The position numbers and the translations under genes are program-made. A stretch of DNA of 64,000 nt. Source: Saccostrea cucullata (lineage: Eukaryota). A model generated the notes under the pieces. The model was not told where the DNA came from and ran no database searches. It was given only the letters and a program-made list of their open reading frames with translations. This document shows positions 12,341 to 25,250 of the stretch, piece after piece (position 1 is the first letter of the stretch; each line of letters begins with the position of its first letter). The DNA lies in the NCBI RefSeq assembly GCF_032062105.1, contig NW_026922705.1, forward strand, positions 62,001 through 126,000. Direction: 5' to 3'.

Positions 12341-13639
12341 TTAAACCAATCAATACATAGATATGTTGAATACGGCTACCTCTTCCAAAATTGTGAATTT
12401 CATGGCCCCTGGGCTGGGGGTTCTGGTGTTAAGGCGGGGCTTTATTGATTATATAGTGAAAATGCATAAATTCTTTAAAACTCTTCTTTTCTGCACTGGA
12501 TATTTAACCAATGAACTATGTACATAGTTATGAGGAGGAAAGATGCCTCTTTGAGAATTTTTAATTTCAGGGTCCCTGGGCTAGGGCTTCTTGTGTTTAT
12601 ATAGTGAAAATGCATGAATTCTTTGAAAATCTTTTCCTTTGTTTTTGGTATAATGCCAATGTTCTTAGTATATCTACATGTTTGACAAAAAAACCTGCTT
12701 CTTCCAAAAGTGGTTAATTTCCTGGCCCCTGGGACAGAAGTACTTTTTCTTGGGGGGGGGTAACATAGTCTGAAATAATTTAATGCTTTGAAATCTGCAC
12801 TTTGGTATTAATCAACTGCATGATGAAATGTTTTTTTTTAAAAATCCAAAATTTTGAAAGATGTGGTCCCAGGGTCAGTGGTTCCTGTGGTATGGGGAGC
12901 TCAACTGTGGACCCACAACAAGACCTGACCCAGGGGCCATGAAATTCACTAAAAGTGGAAATGCATTTTCTCTTTGTTACTCTGATCTACCTCTTGGTAT
13001 TAAGTAACCAAATAAGCATGCTAAGAGTATAATTATGATGAGCAATGGTGCCTCTTTCAAAATTGTGAATTTCATGGTCTCTGGTTTATTTTAACATGAA
13101 TCAAATTTAATTGTTGGAAAGTTGTCGCATGACACTCAGGTGACCTATAAGGCCCATGGGCCTCTTGTTATTTTCTTACAGTATGTCAATAAATTTAGGA
13201 AAGATTTACAATATCAAAGGAAATTTGTCATATACTTCGAAATAAAGTTGCAATAAAAAAAGTAAATACGAATGCTGTCGTCTGCACGTACATGAAGACC
13301 CTTAGCCTAACGTTAGGCCTACGTACATGATCATGTTGCATGTTTATTCTATGTTTGAGTTTGTGATGTGACAGTATAATATGTATACTGGACAAAAAAA
13401 GTTAAAGATCTTCAAATGAAATATGTTTGACAAATACTGTATCATAGAAAACAGAAAGCAGTTTTAATTTTAGTATCATATTTTACATTTAAAAAGTGAA
13501 AATTAAACATTAGATGTGATAAATTTGTTTGAACACACGCTACGAATATTTTTTACGGTCACTTTAGAATTCGGCATGTTGGTGGTAGACCTGAAAATGA
13601 GATTTTTTTTCAGAAAAGTCAAATTACGTCACTAAAATG

Positions 13640-14640
13640 ATTGCCAGTATTTTGTATGACCTCCCCGCGAAGCCCTGCATTGCGGACCAATGCTGCCCAT
13701 CAACCGTCCAATGCTAGCCTGAGGGATCTGTTGCCATACCTCCTGCAATGCTGTCTGAAGCTTCCGTCGATTTCAGGGAAGTGTAAGATGAACTGAAATG
13801 CGTTGCTAAAGAATGTTCCAGACATGTTCAATTAACTTCAGGTCTAAAAACGACTTGGCGAGTCTATACGCTAAGTTATTTCACTTTCCATGTACTCGTT
13901 TACGATTCGGACTCTATGAGGTCGAGCATTATCATCCATTAAGATGAAATCCTCCTCCAGAGTACATGCAATACGTCTAGCAATAGGAAGAAGAACATCA
14001 TTTCGGTATTTTAAACCTGTCAGGTTGCCTTCAAATAATGAGCAGATCTGTTTTGCAGTAAATACTTATACCTGCCCAAATCATCACCAAACCCCCATTT
14101 ACTCTGTATTGCTCAGAAATGAAACAATCAGCATATCTTTCCCCATTTGCAATCCAAAATCGTGACTCGTCTAAGAAGAGAACAGAACACCAATGATGTT
14201 GTTGCCAAATTTTTGTGTTCTGTTGCCTGCTGTAGTCGATTTCTGCGGCACTCTTATTTCAATACAGGACATACGGCTGGTCGGCAAGACTTGAGATTTG
14301 CTTCCTGAAGTCTGTTTCAAACTGTTTGAGAAGAAATCCGTCTGTCCGTTGCCCTCTGATGCCCAGTATTAAGCTTAGGAGCACTTTGGAAGCGGTGCGT
14401 CTCAGCAAAATTGGCCAAATAACGATCCTCACGGACTGCCGTACACATTGGACGTCTCGATTTTAGCCTTTTTTGACAATTTTCTGTCTGTAAATATCGG
14501 TTTCATAACCGTTAATTCCGCTTTGGGAAAGATAAAGTCTTTATGCAGGGTTAGGGTTAGTGACGTTGCGTTTTGCCAGCGAGTGCTCGTCCATACTCAT
14601 GTGCCTCCTCATAGCGTCTTATCACCAGTTCTGGCCAGAT
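13640..14640 (-). pseudogene. Decayed intronless Tc1-like transposase
   Basis: Minus-strand remnants DESRF (~14165), MDDNARP (~13930), LDLKLIEHVW (~13830) and ASRGGHTKY (~13655), with many stops and frameshifts. Confidence 0.8.
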
Positions 14641-14745
14641 ATACTGAAATTTTCTTCTATGCTTCCATTATTCCACTTACTTTTTTAACGCCATGTACTT
14701 TCTTGACCAATATGTCCAAAAAATCATTAAACACGTGTGACTTAA

Positions 14746-15252
14746 GGTATCCGATCCATATTAGCCTCATATTGAATGGAATTGAATGTATAATGGATAT
14801 GTATGGGCTGAATAAACAGTGTGGTTAGAAGTAATTTTCATCCTTTAGTATCAGAATATAAGAGTGGGACATGTCCTAATTTTTTACCTTTTCCTGCCCC
14901 TGACAAGTTATCTCCCTTTGATTTTATTCATTAAAAATTAATTTTAAAAAAATCTGTCTGGTAAAAAAATTATTTCTAATTGTTTTTCTATTCCCAGTTA
15001 TCAAATACATCTTTCCACCATAGCATTTCTTGATATTTGAAGTATTTATTTTCTATCTTAAAAAAATTACTTCCTTCCATAGACTTCAATGCAATCTTCA
15101 ATAATTAATTTCTGCTTAGGTAATAAAATTTTTGAAAATTTCTCTTGGTAAATCCCTTTCTACTTTAAAATGCTTTAAAATAATAGCAGGATATTTTATA
15201 AACAATTGATATTTAAGGTTAGAAATTTTGGTCCTAATATGGGCCGGATACC
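14746..15252. mobile_element. Non-autonomous TIR element with TTAA TSD (Kolobok-like MITE)
   Basis: TTAA|ggtatccgatccatattag ... ctaatatgggccggatacc|TTAA. Confidence 0.8.
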
Positions 15253-15469
15253 TTAAGTATCGAATCGTGTTAATGACATGTTTTTAAAACTACTTAAACT
15301 TTGTTGTCACATACATTCGTGGGTATGAAAATAGTATTCTTGTTTAAAAATATGATCCCTAACTTATTTTGCCCAGTATATTTTGAAATTTTTGTATCTA
15401 TATAATGTATAAATATTGCTATTTTCAATAAGTTTAAAAGCATTGGAAACCTACATTTTCGCTTTTCCA

Positions 15470-15700
15470 CTGCTACTGGAACGTCGTCAACACACTTCGA
15501 CGCTCTTTGCTGGCGTGGTATGGGACTGCTTTCGAGAATGTAAATGTATTACAGTTCATTCGTTGGGCTCAAAGTCGTCACTCTTAATGGCTGACACCCA
15601 CTTTTCTCTCAGGTGAGGGTCCCTAGGTATTCTATTAAACTTGAGATCTACACCTGGAATCTGTCTGTTTTTGCAGCCATATGCACAACAAGGATTTTTA
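15470..15700 (-). pseudogene. THAP zinc-finger domain fragment (DNA transposon-derived)
   Basis: CCAYGCKNR...LKFNRIPRDPHLREKWVSAIK..F.P is a THAP N-terminal signature. A premature stop follows, with an AVP remnant out of frame. Confidence 0.75.
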
Positions 15701-15750
15701 ATTTTTTTTAAAAATACCTTATTTAATTTTTTTAACATTTACGAAAACTT

Positions 15751-16960
15751 AGCGGGGGATAAGTATTTGATCATCGAAATAGAGCATAATCAAATTTTCG
15801 GGGCTTATTAAATGATGGGTGTTCAAATTACACAATTTGTCTTCAAAACACTAATTAATTTTGCATTTATGAATACTTTCTTGTTGAATAAATTCAAAAA
15901 ACTCAACATAGATTTTACAGATTCAAGCTCAAAATGACTATCAATCGTTGGCACCTGCACAATTCTACTTTATTTTTGCATTGATAATTTTTTGGGGTTA
16001 TCCATTTTCCATTTTAGAGAATAAACAAATTAACGGATATTTAAATGATCTTTTGAAAAACTTCGAGGCCCTTATTATTAAAGGTATTTAAATTACATAA
16101 ATATCTTCACAACAAGAATTAGAATGCTTCTCAAAATAAGAACTTCCTGGTTGGGAAACTTAAAGAAAATATATGAATAAGATCAAGTTGCATATTGCAC
16201 TGTCATTTTCTTTTGCTTTATTTACTTTTCGTAATTGAACCTTTCCCTTGCATTAATAAGATCTCCTATAGAAATAATTTTGTTTTGGAGAAGACAAAAT
16301 CAAAAGAACGCAACCTCGGTGTTTCTTTCAGTTAAAATAAAATATAATTCAATAAAATTTTATTGATTTTCTTTCTGAAAATAAATCTTGTCCTATATCT
16401 GGAAGAAATACACATATGACAAAATCAGTTTATCTATCCATAAATCTTATATTACATTAATTCATTTTATGAAGCATAACAATAAGACTTTTTTCCCTCT
16501 TGCTCTATAAGTGTAATATCCGGGTTGCTTGTAGAGGAGTAAACACAGGCCTCTAAAACATCACAGGTGGGATCAGGTACCATGAAGGTGTGAGTATCCC
16601 TCTAAACCATAACAATGGTAGGAGATGGGATCAGGTACCACGGAGGTTTGAGTATCCCTCTAAACCATAACAATGGTAGGAGATGGGATCAGGTACCATG
16701 AAGGTGTGAGTATCCCTCTAAACCATAACAAAGATCACAGATGGAATCAGGTAGAGTGATATCTATATTGGGCCATGAGTTGTTAAAAAGGAATAATAAC
16801 CATGCCCAAAAATCCATTGACTCAATATAGAAATCAACGCACTTTTTAAACTCACATAATTTTCACACAAATTAAGGTCACGTTGTTATGATGCTAAATT
16901 GTGTAAGGTGACGACAAAATATATTTTATAAGTTACTTATGACTTAATTCTGATCGTATT
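15751..16960 (+). repeat. Segmental duplication block, copy A (copy B 56191-57440)
   Basis: Collinear high similarity over ~1.2 kb, starting ttagcggg(g/a)gataagtattt.atcatcgaaataga. Confidence 0.9.
16565..16755 (+). repeat. 58-bp minisatellite (~3.3 units)
   Basis: gggatcaggtaccatgaaggtgtgagtatccctctaaaccataacaatggtaggagat starts at 16569, 16627 and 16685. Confidence 0.85.
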
Positions 16961-17009
16961 CCATTACTTTAAGAAGCAATATCCCTCTGCTCCACATTTC
17001 ACGACTTGA

Positions 17010-18170
17010 TTTTCAGCAACAACTATAGCATCTTTCAAGTTAAAGACTACACCCTGTATTTCCAATAAATATACATTGTCCATTGCTTCCAAACTTTTCA
17101 ATTACAAAACACTTTACAGGGCCTGGATACCGACTATCTGAAAATTAATCTCCCTTCGTGTTCATGTTCTTCTTCGCCCTATAACTAGATAACTTATTTT
17201 TAAAGGTCCTAAATATAGGGAACCCCGAACCTTCAATTGGCGTAGGAGTTTCATAAATATTATGGATTCTGTTGAAAATTACGCCAGACAGTGGGTCAGA
17301 TATGAAAAAAAAACGTTGACACCTTGTCAGAATGGATTAAATGTATCAGATCCATGTAAAAGTCACGTATTAAAAGATTGGGGAGGGGGGCAAAATGAAA
17401 ACCATCTATCCTTCTGTGTTCAATAAACCAGAAGTGAAAAAAAAAATTAGATAAATTACACGATCAGTACGTACTGGTTCCTGCCGACAAAGCAGGTAAC
17501 AGCATTGTCTTCGTTTGTAAGGCTCATTATATAAATTGCATTCTAGAAGAACTTGGATTTAATTCTACAAGTGGTATCCTACTTATACTCATACTTTTCT
17601 TTCTAAGGAAGAAATTCTTCAAAATCACCTGTCAGCTTTGAATACTTTTAATATTCCACAGAGCCAAAACGAATTCGAACTACCTTATATATATATTGGA
17701 TTCCGAAACTTCATAAGAATCCTTACAAACAAAGATACATTGCAGGTTCAAGTAAATGTTCAACAAGCCTCTTTCGTTACTTCTCACTAAGATATTGACA
17801 GTAATGAAGAAAAAACTTCAAGAGTACTGTGCAACTATATATTCAAGAAGTGGTGTAAATCAGATGTGGATACTTAAAAAAAAGAACTTTTGGACATTTT
17901 GAAATCACAAGACTTTACAAAAATCAACAGCTTAAAAACTCAAAACTTTTCAACTTTATACACAACAACTCCCCACGACAAATTAAAAGTAAGGCTTTTT
18001 GATATCATTGACAACTGCTTCTTCAATAAAAATGGAACTCGTACATTTACTTACCCCGTCATTGGTCATATGCCAAATTATTGTATTAAACAGATTCTGA
18101 TTGCACACATAGGTACTCTGAAGTTGACATTAAGAAGATGCTTGAGTTTCTAATTGACAATATTTATATA
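17010..18170 (+). mobile_element. Decayed Penelope-like reverse transcriptase fragment
   Basis: Motifs KGPKYREP, VLVPADKAGNSIVFVCK, YWIPKLHKNPYKQRYIAGS, NQMWIL and NFSTLYTT, across frameshifts. Confidence 0.85.
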
Positions 18171-18422
18171 CATGAAAAAACTCTTTCATGTACCCCCGCA
18201 TGGTATACACCGGGTAAGAAAACTAATCTATGTTTGAATTTTATTTAAAAAAATAATTGAAAGTAGATTACTAAAACATTGACATTATAAAATATTTCTT
18301 TTCTATCTTCACTGATGTGTGTTACTTGTAAGTGTTATATCGTCCACGTCATCTGTAGAAAAAAGACGGCGTCCACAAAAACCGGCTCTATTTGGCGTAG
18401 TCGGAAGTCCGACGATTTGAAT

Positions 18423-18742
18423 TATTATACCCCCCGCTTGAAAAGAGGGTATATAGTAATCGGTATTTCCGTCCTTCCGTCTGTACGTCCGTCCGTCCGT
18501 CCGTCTGTTACGCTTTGGGGTACCCATCTCTTATCCGCAACTCCTCTCATACCACTGAAGGAAATTTAATGAAACTTTCACAGAATCTTTATAACATATT
18601 GCCATTGTGCACCTCCTATTTTACTTTTTGATCTGACATATATTTTGGATTTTCCAGAGCAAAACATGGACACTGTTATTTTATTCATATGGGAGGCGGG
18701 GGTATCATTTAGTGAGCTTATCGCTCACAGTACCTCTAGTTT
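18423..18742 (+). mobile_element. Short non-autonomous Helentron (HINE family B)
   Basis: 5' ttatacccccc gcttgaaaagagggtatatag, (CCGT)n, 3' gtgagcttatcgctcac hairpin + agtacctctagtt. Confidence 0.85.
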
Positions 18743-19211
18743 CTTTATGAAATGGCATGTAAGAAAAACATTCAGCACTTATAAACGGCATAGCAAAATT
18801 TTTAAAAGATGTTTTATTTTGTATTATGGTAACAATCCGAAAGATGTTGTACAGAGATTGATGTCCGAATTAATGCTCGAATTTCCTCTAAAGCGTCTGT
18901 ATATATACGTAATGAAAATGTGAAGATAATAAATAGTGATCGATTCTGTAAAGAAATCTTTCTAACAATGAAATTTTGAAAATGCACGAAGAATCAAAAA
19001 TATGGAATATTTTGGACAACATTGTCGAGGAATACAAAATATGGAATATTTTGGCCAACGTTTTGGCCAGGAAAAAAACATTTCGATCGCGGTAAATGCA
19101 TTTTCACATAGGTGGATTAATTTTTGTGTCATTTCAATATTTAGACATTTTTAATCAAGTAATTTCTTTTATTGAAGATTAGAAAAGATAAATATTATTA
19201 TTGATTGGTAG

Positions 19212-20390
19212 TTTTTAGCTCTACTGGTCAAAAACCAGAAGAGCTTATGCGATAGTAATGCGTCCGGCGTCCGTCCGTCTGTCTGTCCGTCTGTCTGTAA
19301 ACAATATTTCAAAACGCTACTCCTCCTACAATTTTGGTCTGATTTCAATATTACTAGGCACACAAGTAGACTACACTAAGATACATAGAATAGTGCATCT
19401 GTTTTTGATTTCAATGAACGGTGTTGCCATGGTTACTAAAAATAGAATTTTCTGTGAAATTCCTTTTAAACGCTACTCCTTCTACAGTTTTGGTCTGATT
19501 TCAATATAACTTGGCACACAAGTAGACTACACTAAGATACATAGAATAGTGCATCGGTTTTTGATTTCAATGAACGGTGTTGCCATGGTTACTAAAAATA
19601 GAATTTTCTGTGAAATTCCTTTGAAACGCTACTCCTTCTACAGTTTTGGTCTGATTTCAGTATAACTTGGCACACTAGTAGACAACACTAAGATACATAG
19701 AATGTTGCATCGGTTTTTGATTTCGGTGATCGGTGTTGCCATGGATACTAAAAATAGAATTTTCTGTGAAATTCCTATGAAACGCTACTCCTTCTGCAGT
19801 TGTGGTCTGATTTCAATTTAACTTGGCACATAAGTAGACTTCACTAAGATACATTAATTTGTGCATCGGTTTTTAATTTCGATGAACGGTGTTGCCATGG
19901 TTACTAAAAATAGAATTTTCTGTGAAATTCCTTTGAAACGCTACTCCTTCTACAGTTTTGGTCTGATTTCAATATAACTTGGCACACAAGTAGACTACAC
20001 TAAGATACATAGAATAGTGCATCAGTTTTTGATTTCAATGAACGTTGTTGCCATGGCTACTAAAAACAGAATTTTCTGTGAAATTCCTTTGAAACGCTAC
20101 TCCTTCTACAGTTTTGGTCTGATTTCAATATAACTTGGCACACAAGTAAACTACACTAAGATACATAAAATAGTGCATCGGTTTTTGATTTCGATGAACG
20201 GTGTTGCCATGGTTACTAAAAATAGAATTTTCCGTGAAATTCCTTTAAAACGGTACTTCTTCTACAGTTTTAGTTTGATTTCAAAATAAGTTGGCACACA
20301 AGTAGACTACACAAAGAAACATAAAATAGTGCAATGGTTTTTGATAAGTACAAACCAGTAGAGCTACAGTCTCGACATAGACTTCTGGTT
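19212..20390 (+). mobile_element. HINE family A with ~6.6 copies of the 156-bp satellite unit
   Basis: Same termini as 8101-8786. Unit starts at 19315, 19471, 19627, 19783, 19939, 20095 and 20251 (exact 156-bp period). Confidence 0.92.
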
Positions 20391-20509
20391 CTTTTATGTA
20401 AGGAAAATATTTTCTGAAACGATATACATGTATCTTATTATTTTGTTTCCTTCAAATCATTACCATGAATATGGTGAATGCGTTAAGTTTTTAAACAAAT
20501 TTCATATTA

Positions 20510-20978
20510 AAACTAGAGGTACTGTGAGCGATGAGCTCACTAAATGATACCCCCGCCTCCATATAGTTATAATGAAAAAGTCCATGTTTTGCTGTGGCCG
20601 GGAAACCCAAAATATGTGTCGGATCAAAAAGTGAAATAGGAGGTGCAGAATGGCAATAATAATAAAGATTCTGTGAAAGTTTCATCAAATTTCATTTAGT
20701 GGTATGAGAGGAGTTGCGGATAAGGGATGGGTACCCCAAAGCGTAACAGACGGACGGACGAAAATACCGATTACTATATACCCTCTTTTCAAGCGGGGGG
20801 TATAATAATTCAAATCGTCGGACTTCCGACTACGCCAAATAGAGCCGGTTTTTGTGGACGCCGTCTTTTTTCTACAGATGGGTACCCCAAAGCGTAACAG
20901 ACGGACAGACAGACGTACAGACGGACGGAATTAACGATTACTATATACCCTCCCGCTTTTCAAGTGGGGGGTATAATA
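20510..20978 (-). mobile_element. HINE family B copy with an internal templated insertion (duplicated 5' end plus captured flank)
   Basis: Reverse-complement homolog of 18423-18742. Contains two 5' ends (20727-20805 and 20878-20978) separated by ~75 bp identical to the reverse complement of 18350-18423. Confidence 0.85.
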
Positions 20979-21499
20979 ATTATTTTACGTAGTTTCACCC
21001 AAAACCAGACATAAAACACGTAATTATGACTCTTATAACCAAACACAGACTTATTTCCTGTGTAATACTACGTATACACAGATTTTTGACACCTTGGGTA
21101 TTGGGGGTTTCCAGGTAAATAACACCACTCTAACTTCGACCACTCCCCCTCCTCAGGTAACCGTACGAAAAAAAATTAAACAGATATTTGAAACTGGGTT
21201 CCGGTTTCATTCTAAACGTATCAGAAAGATGAACTTAAAAAACTTTTGCGCTCAAAATGGTCAATTTGATAAAAGCTACTTTTGCAGTGACTTTCTTTTA
21301 ATTGTAATCCACACAGTGAATGACAGAAAAACAAATCAGATTTGTTTTATATTTAGATATTTTACATTAAAAGACATTAATGGTAGTTTAACAATCGAGC
21401 TCGTAATGACATTAACTTTAGAATCGTCAACTTCCCATATTTGTTCGTCAATAAATTGTCTCGATTTAGAAATGTTCATACGAAGAGACTGCTCCCTAT

Positions 21500-21800
21500 G
21501 TGGGCAATGAAGATATATTAATGCATAAGTAAGGAAATTTGACGATAGAAAAAGTTCTCATGGTTGCTAAATTTTCCTTAATGTCTTTTCAAGTAAAATA
21601 TCCAAATATTAAACAGCTGTGTCAGATTCTGTTGTATCTTTTATCTGAAGCTCACTGGTGAATATCATATCAACATAAAAAGGAAAATTACCATAGTTGT
21701 TAATTGACAAAACGTAGTCGATATGTCTAAATGTCAGGTTGAAGTCCACTGCAAATGATTTTTTTCATGCAAAAGATTTTGCACAAATTCTGCTTCAAAT
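21500..21800 (-). mobile_element. Penelope-like RT C-terminal fragment
   Basis: Minus strand FNLTFRHIDYVLSINN...SELQIKDTTESD (degenerate YIDD region). Confidence 0.7.
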
Positions 21801-22794
21801 TAATTTTTAATTGAAAGTGGTCAGTTCGGAGTCCCCGAAACTATCTTAACAAACACAAAAGTTGTACGATAAAAACTATCAATTTGCAAACACCTTAAGG
21901 ATAATTAATTGAAATGTGATCATATAAGGGTCTTTAAATGAAGACGGAGACAATGGTTGACAGTATTAATAAATATATGCGACGAAGAATTTTGACATTT
22001 TCAGTTTTTTATTGATTCTGGTAGAGTTTTTCTTTCTGTTTCATTTGATATATAACAAGACATACATTTCTGTATATAAATGTATACAAGACCGCATGAT
22101 AAAGACGGTATATTTACTTTGACGTACAGTGTACGCGTGCGTAACTGCATAAATTTTTCATAACGTAAAATCGTAAAATGACGCAAAGCTATATTATAAT
22201 TTGATGATATTTATATTATTATATAATACTTTTGATTTTATTCCCTTGAAAGTATCAACAATAAAAATTATTATAAAATTTTCATCTTAATAATAGAAAA
22301 TAAACATTCTAAAGTATATCTTTCAGAAACGAAAGACGGGGGAAGGGGGGGGGGGGGCGAAATGATTGTCAAGGGAAAAAAAACAAAACCCAAGACAAAA
22401 TAAAAAATCTTCTCCTCCACTGGGAGATCTTCCAATTTGTGGCTTTTTAATGCAGTAAAATGGCAGAAATCTACATCACTGCAACAGTAAAATGAAATAA
22501 GCAACATTTAGATGAAAAAAAAATCCTATTGTGGCAGTACAAACACACGTACGACTTCCTACTAGCTTGGGCTAGTGGGTTAACCCTTAAGCTTATTCCG
22601 TAAAGCACAGAGGCCTCGGGTTCAATCCCAATTAAGGCACTTAATTTTCTCTTTTACACTTTCAAAGTATTTATCTTAAAAAAGTTCGAGCCAGTCCCCC
22701 AGGCATTATAATTCTATAAAATACACAGAATAGATAGAAAGCATTGTCATAGTTCATGCTTTAAATACCTGAAATTTTAAAGAGTGCGACAGGT

Positions 22795-24221
22795 TTTTTA
22801 GCTCAACTGGTCAGAGACGAGAAGAGCTTATGCGATAGTAATTCGTCCGGCGTCCGTCCGTCTGTCTGTCTGTCTGTCCGTCTGTCTGTAAACAATTTTT
22901 CAAAATGCTACTCCTCCTACAGTTTTGGTCTAATTTAATATAACTTGGCACACAAGTAGACTACACTAAGATACATAATTCTGTGTATCGGTTTTTGATT
23001 TCGATGAACGGTGTTGCCGTGGTTACAAAAAATAGAAATTTCTGTGAAATTCTTTCAAAATGTTACTCCTCCTACAGTTTTGGTCTGATTTCAGTATAAC
23101 TTGGCACACAAGTAGACTTCTCTAAGATACATAATTCTCTGTATCGGTTTTTGATTTCGATGAACGGTGTTGCCGTGGTTACTAAAAATAGAAATTTCTG
23201 TGAATTTTTTTCAAAATGCTACTCCTCCTACAGTTTTGGTCTGATTTCAGTATAACTTGGCACACAAGTAGACTACACTAAGATACATAAATCTGTGTAT
23301 CGGTTTTTGATTTCAATGAACGGTGTTGCCGTGGTTACTAAAAATAGAAATATCTGTAAAATTGTTTCAAAATGCTACTCCTCCTACAGTTTTGGTCTGA
23401 TTTCAGTATAACTAGGCACACAAGTAGACTACACTAAGATACATAAATCTGTGTATCGGTTTTTGATTTCGATGAACGGTGTTGCCGTGGTTACTAAAAA
23501 TGGAAATATCGGTAAAATTGTTTCAAAATGCTACTCCTCCTACAGTTTTGGTCTGATTTCAGTATAACTTGGCACACAAGTAGAATACACTAAGATACAT
23601 AATTCTGTGTATTGGTTTTTGATTTCGATGAACGGTGTTGCCGCCGCGCCGTGGTTACTAAAAATAGAAATTTCTGTGAAATTCTTTCAAAATGCTACTC
23701 CTCCTACAGTTTTGGTCTGATTTCAGTATAACTTGGCACACAAGTAGAATACACTAAAATACATAAATCTGTGTATCGGTTTTTGATTTCGATGAACGGT
23801 GTTGCCGTGGTTACTAAAAATAGAAATTTCTGTGAAATTCTTTCAAAATGCTACTCCTCCTACAGTTTTGGTCTGATTTCAGTATAACTTGGCACACAAG
23901 TAGACTACACTAAGATACATAATTCTGTGTATCGAATTTTAATTTAAATTTTGATGAACGGTGTTGCTATGGTTACTAAAAATAGAAATGACTGTAAAGT
24001 TGAGTCAAAATGCTACTCCTCCTACAGTTTTGGTCTGATTTCAATATAACTTGGCACACAAGTAGACTACACTAAGAACATAAAGAGACTTTATCAACGA
24101 TCATTATTCTATTTATTGCTGTTGTAAAATTTCAAATGCCAGCTGCTTAAGTACTTTTCTTTTCCTTTGCTATAAGTTCAAACCAGTAGAGCTTCAGTCT
24201 CGACAGAGACTTCTGGTTTTT
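22795..24221 (+). mobile_element. HINE family A with ~7.4 copies of the 156-bp satellite unit
   Basis: Same termini and unit as 19212-20390. 3' ccagtagagcttcagtctcgacagagacttctggtttt. Confidence 0.92.
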
Positions 24222-24765
24222 CTATCTACAGGAAAAATAACATTTCTTTTACCATAAGTTAACTATTTACATGTTTTAGTTTCGAATGTTTTAGTACTGA
24301 AGACTTTTTGGCTTATTGAAAAGATATTCTGTACCCAAGAATAAGTTGTATTTATCTCTTGTAGTAGAGTTTGGTCCTTTTCTTCTTCGGGTGTCGTTAT
24401 GAAATCAGTTTTTAATTCACAAGAAGAACTTGAAAGTTGTCAAACTTGTTTCCAATCCGTTTTTATAATTCAATAAATGCATGTTTAAATCAAATCAATA
24501 AAGATTAGGTGCATCAAATTTTAAAGTGTTCAAGCATTATTTCTTGGTAATTTTTTAACATTTGATTCATTTTTCCTGGTCTTCGGTTTCCTATTTTATA
24601 TGTATGAAGTTAATCATGAATAATTTTGAACCGATCATTGTATATAAGCCGAATAACAAACCACAATACATGTACCAGAATATATATGAATCCCACGTGA
24701 CACGTACACTCCACTTAATTTCTAGACATAGAATATAAGGCATATACTAATCTTCTGAGAAAGTA

Positions 24766-24986
24766 CTGTAAACAAACTTTTATTCGCTTGCGAGAAATTT
24801 TTAGCGAAGTTCGCGACAGCCTCGTCGTCGCGAATATTTCTCGCCGCGTACTGATACTTAAAGCATCTCTATCTATTTACAACAGATTGAAAAAATATAT
24901 CTGATCGCGAAAATTAATCGCCGCAAACTAGTTTACCCCTAGTTAATCGCGAAATAAAGTCGTCGCGAATAAAAGTTGGTTTACAG
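24766..24986. mobile_element. MITE, TA TSD (Tc1/mariner-type)
   Basis: TA|ctgtaaacaaacttttattcgc ... gcgaataaaagttggtttacag|TA, with internal tcgcga motifs. Confidence 0.85.
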
Positions 24987-25250
24987 TATAAACATGCACA
25001 CATTATGATTTATTTTAATCATATTAAATGCTAGTTGCATTTTAGTATAGGTTAAAACACTCATGTTTAAAATAGCAACAGAAAGTAAGAGAACGGGTAA
25101 AACATTCTTAATATTCTTCAATCATCGTAAACGGGAGGGGGGCGTGTCTCAGATCTGAACATTCACGCTTAATTGATTACCTGAATTAATTAAACAAGAA
25201 CAAAGCACACATGTACAATCTTAAGGGTTTGTTCCCATATCGCCTTAACT

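Larger units (their letters stand above)
9428..13169 (+). mobile_element. Non-autonomous Helentron (HINE family C) with ~170-bp diverged tandem units, split by nested insertions at ~10508-12340
   Basis: 5' tttttaggtcac...aagtgacctattg plus (CGT)n. Repeated gcctcttccaaaattgtgaatttcatggcccc...ggggttct units lie on both sides of the insertion. 3' ctcaggtgacctataaggcccatgggcctcttgtt. Confidence 0.85.

Noticed and set aside
16565-16755. Regularly spaced repeats resembling a CRISPR array
   Set aside because: Whole 58-bp units are repeated with no unique spacers; eukaryotic context with no cas genes.
19258-19509. ORFs within the 156-bp arrays and HINE microsatellites (also 8526-8741, 18309-18569, 9457-9663, 11834-12019)
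   Set aside because: Chance frames in non-coding repeat elements.
22560-22640. tRNA-like sequence (box A/B; also the heads of 51952 and 62897)
   Set aside because: No convincing cloverleaf or acceptor stem; most consistent with decayed SINE heads.
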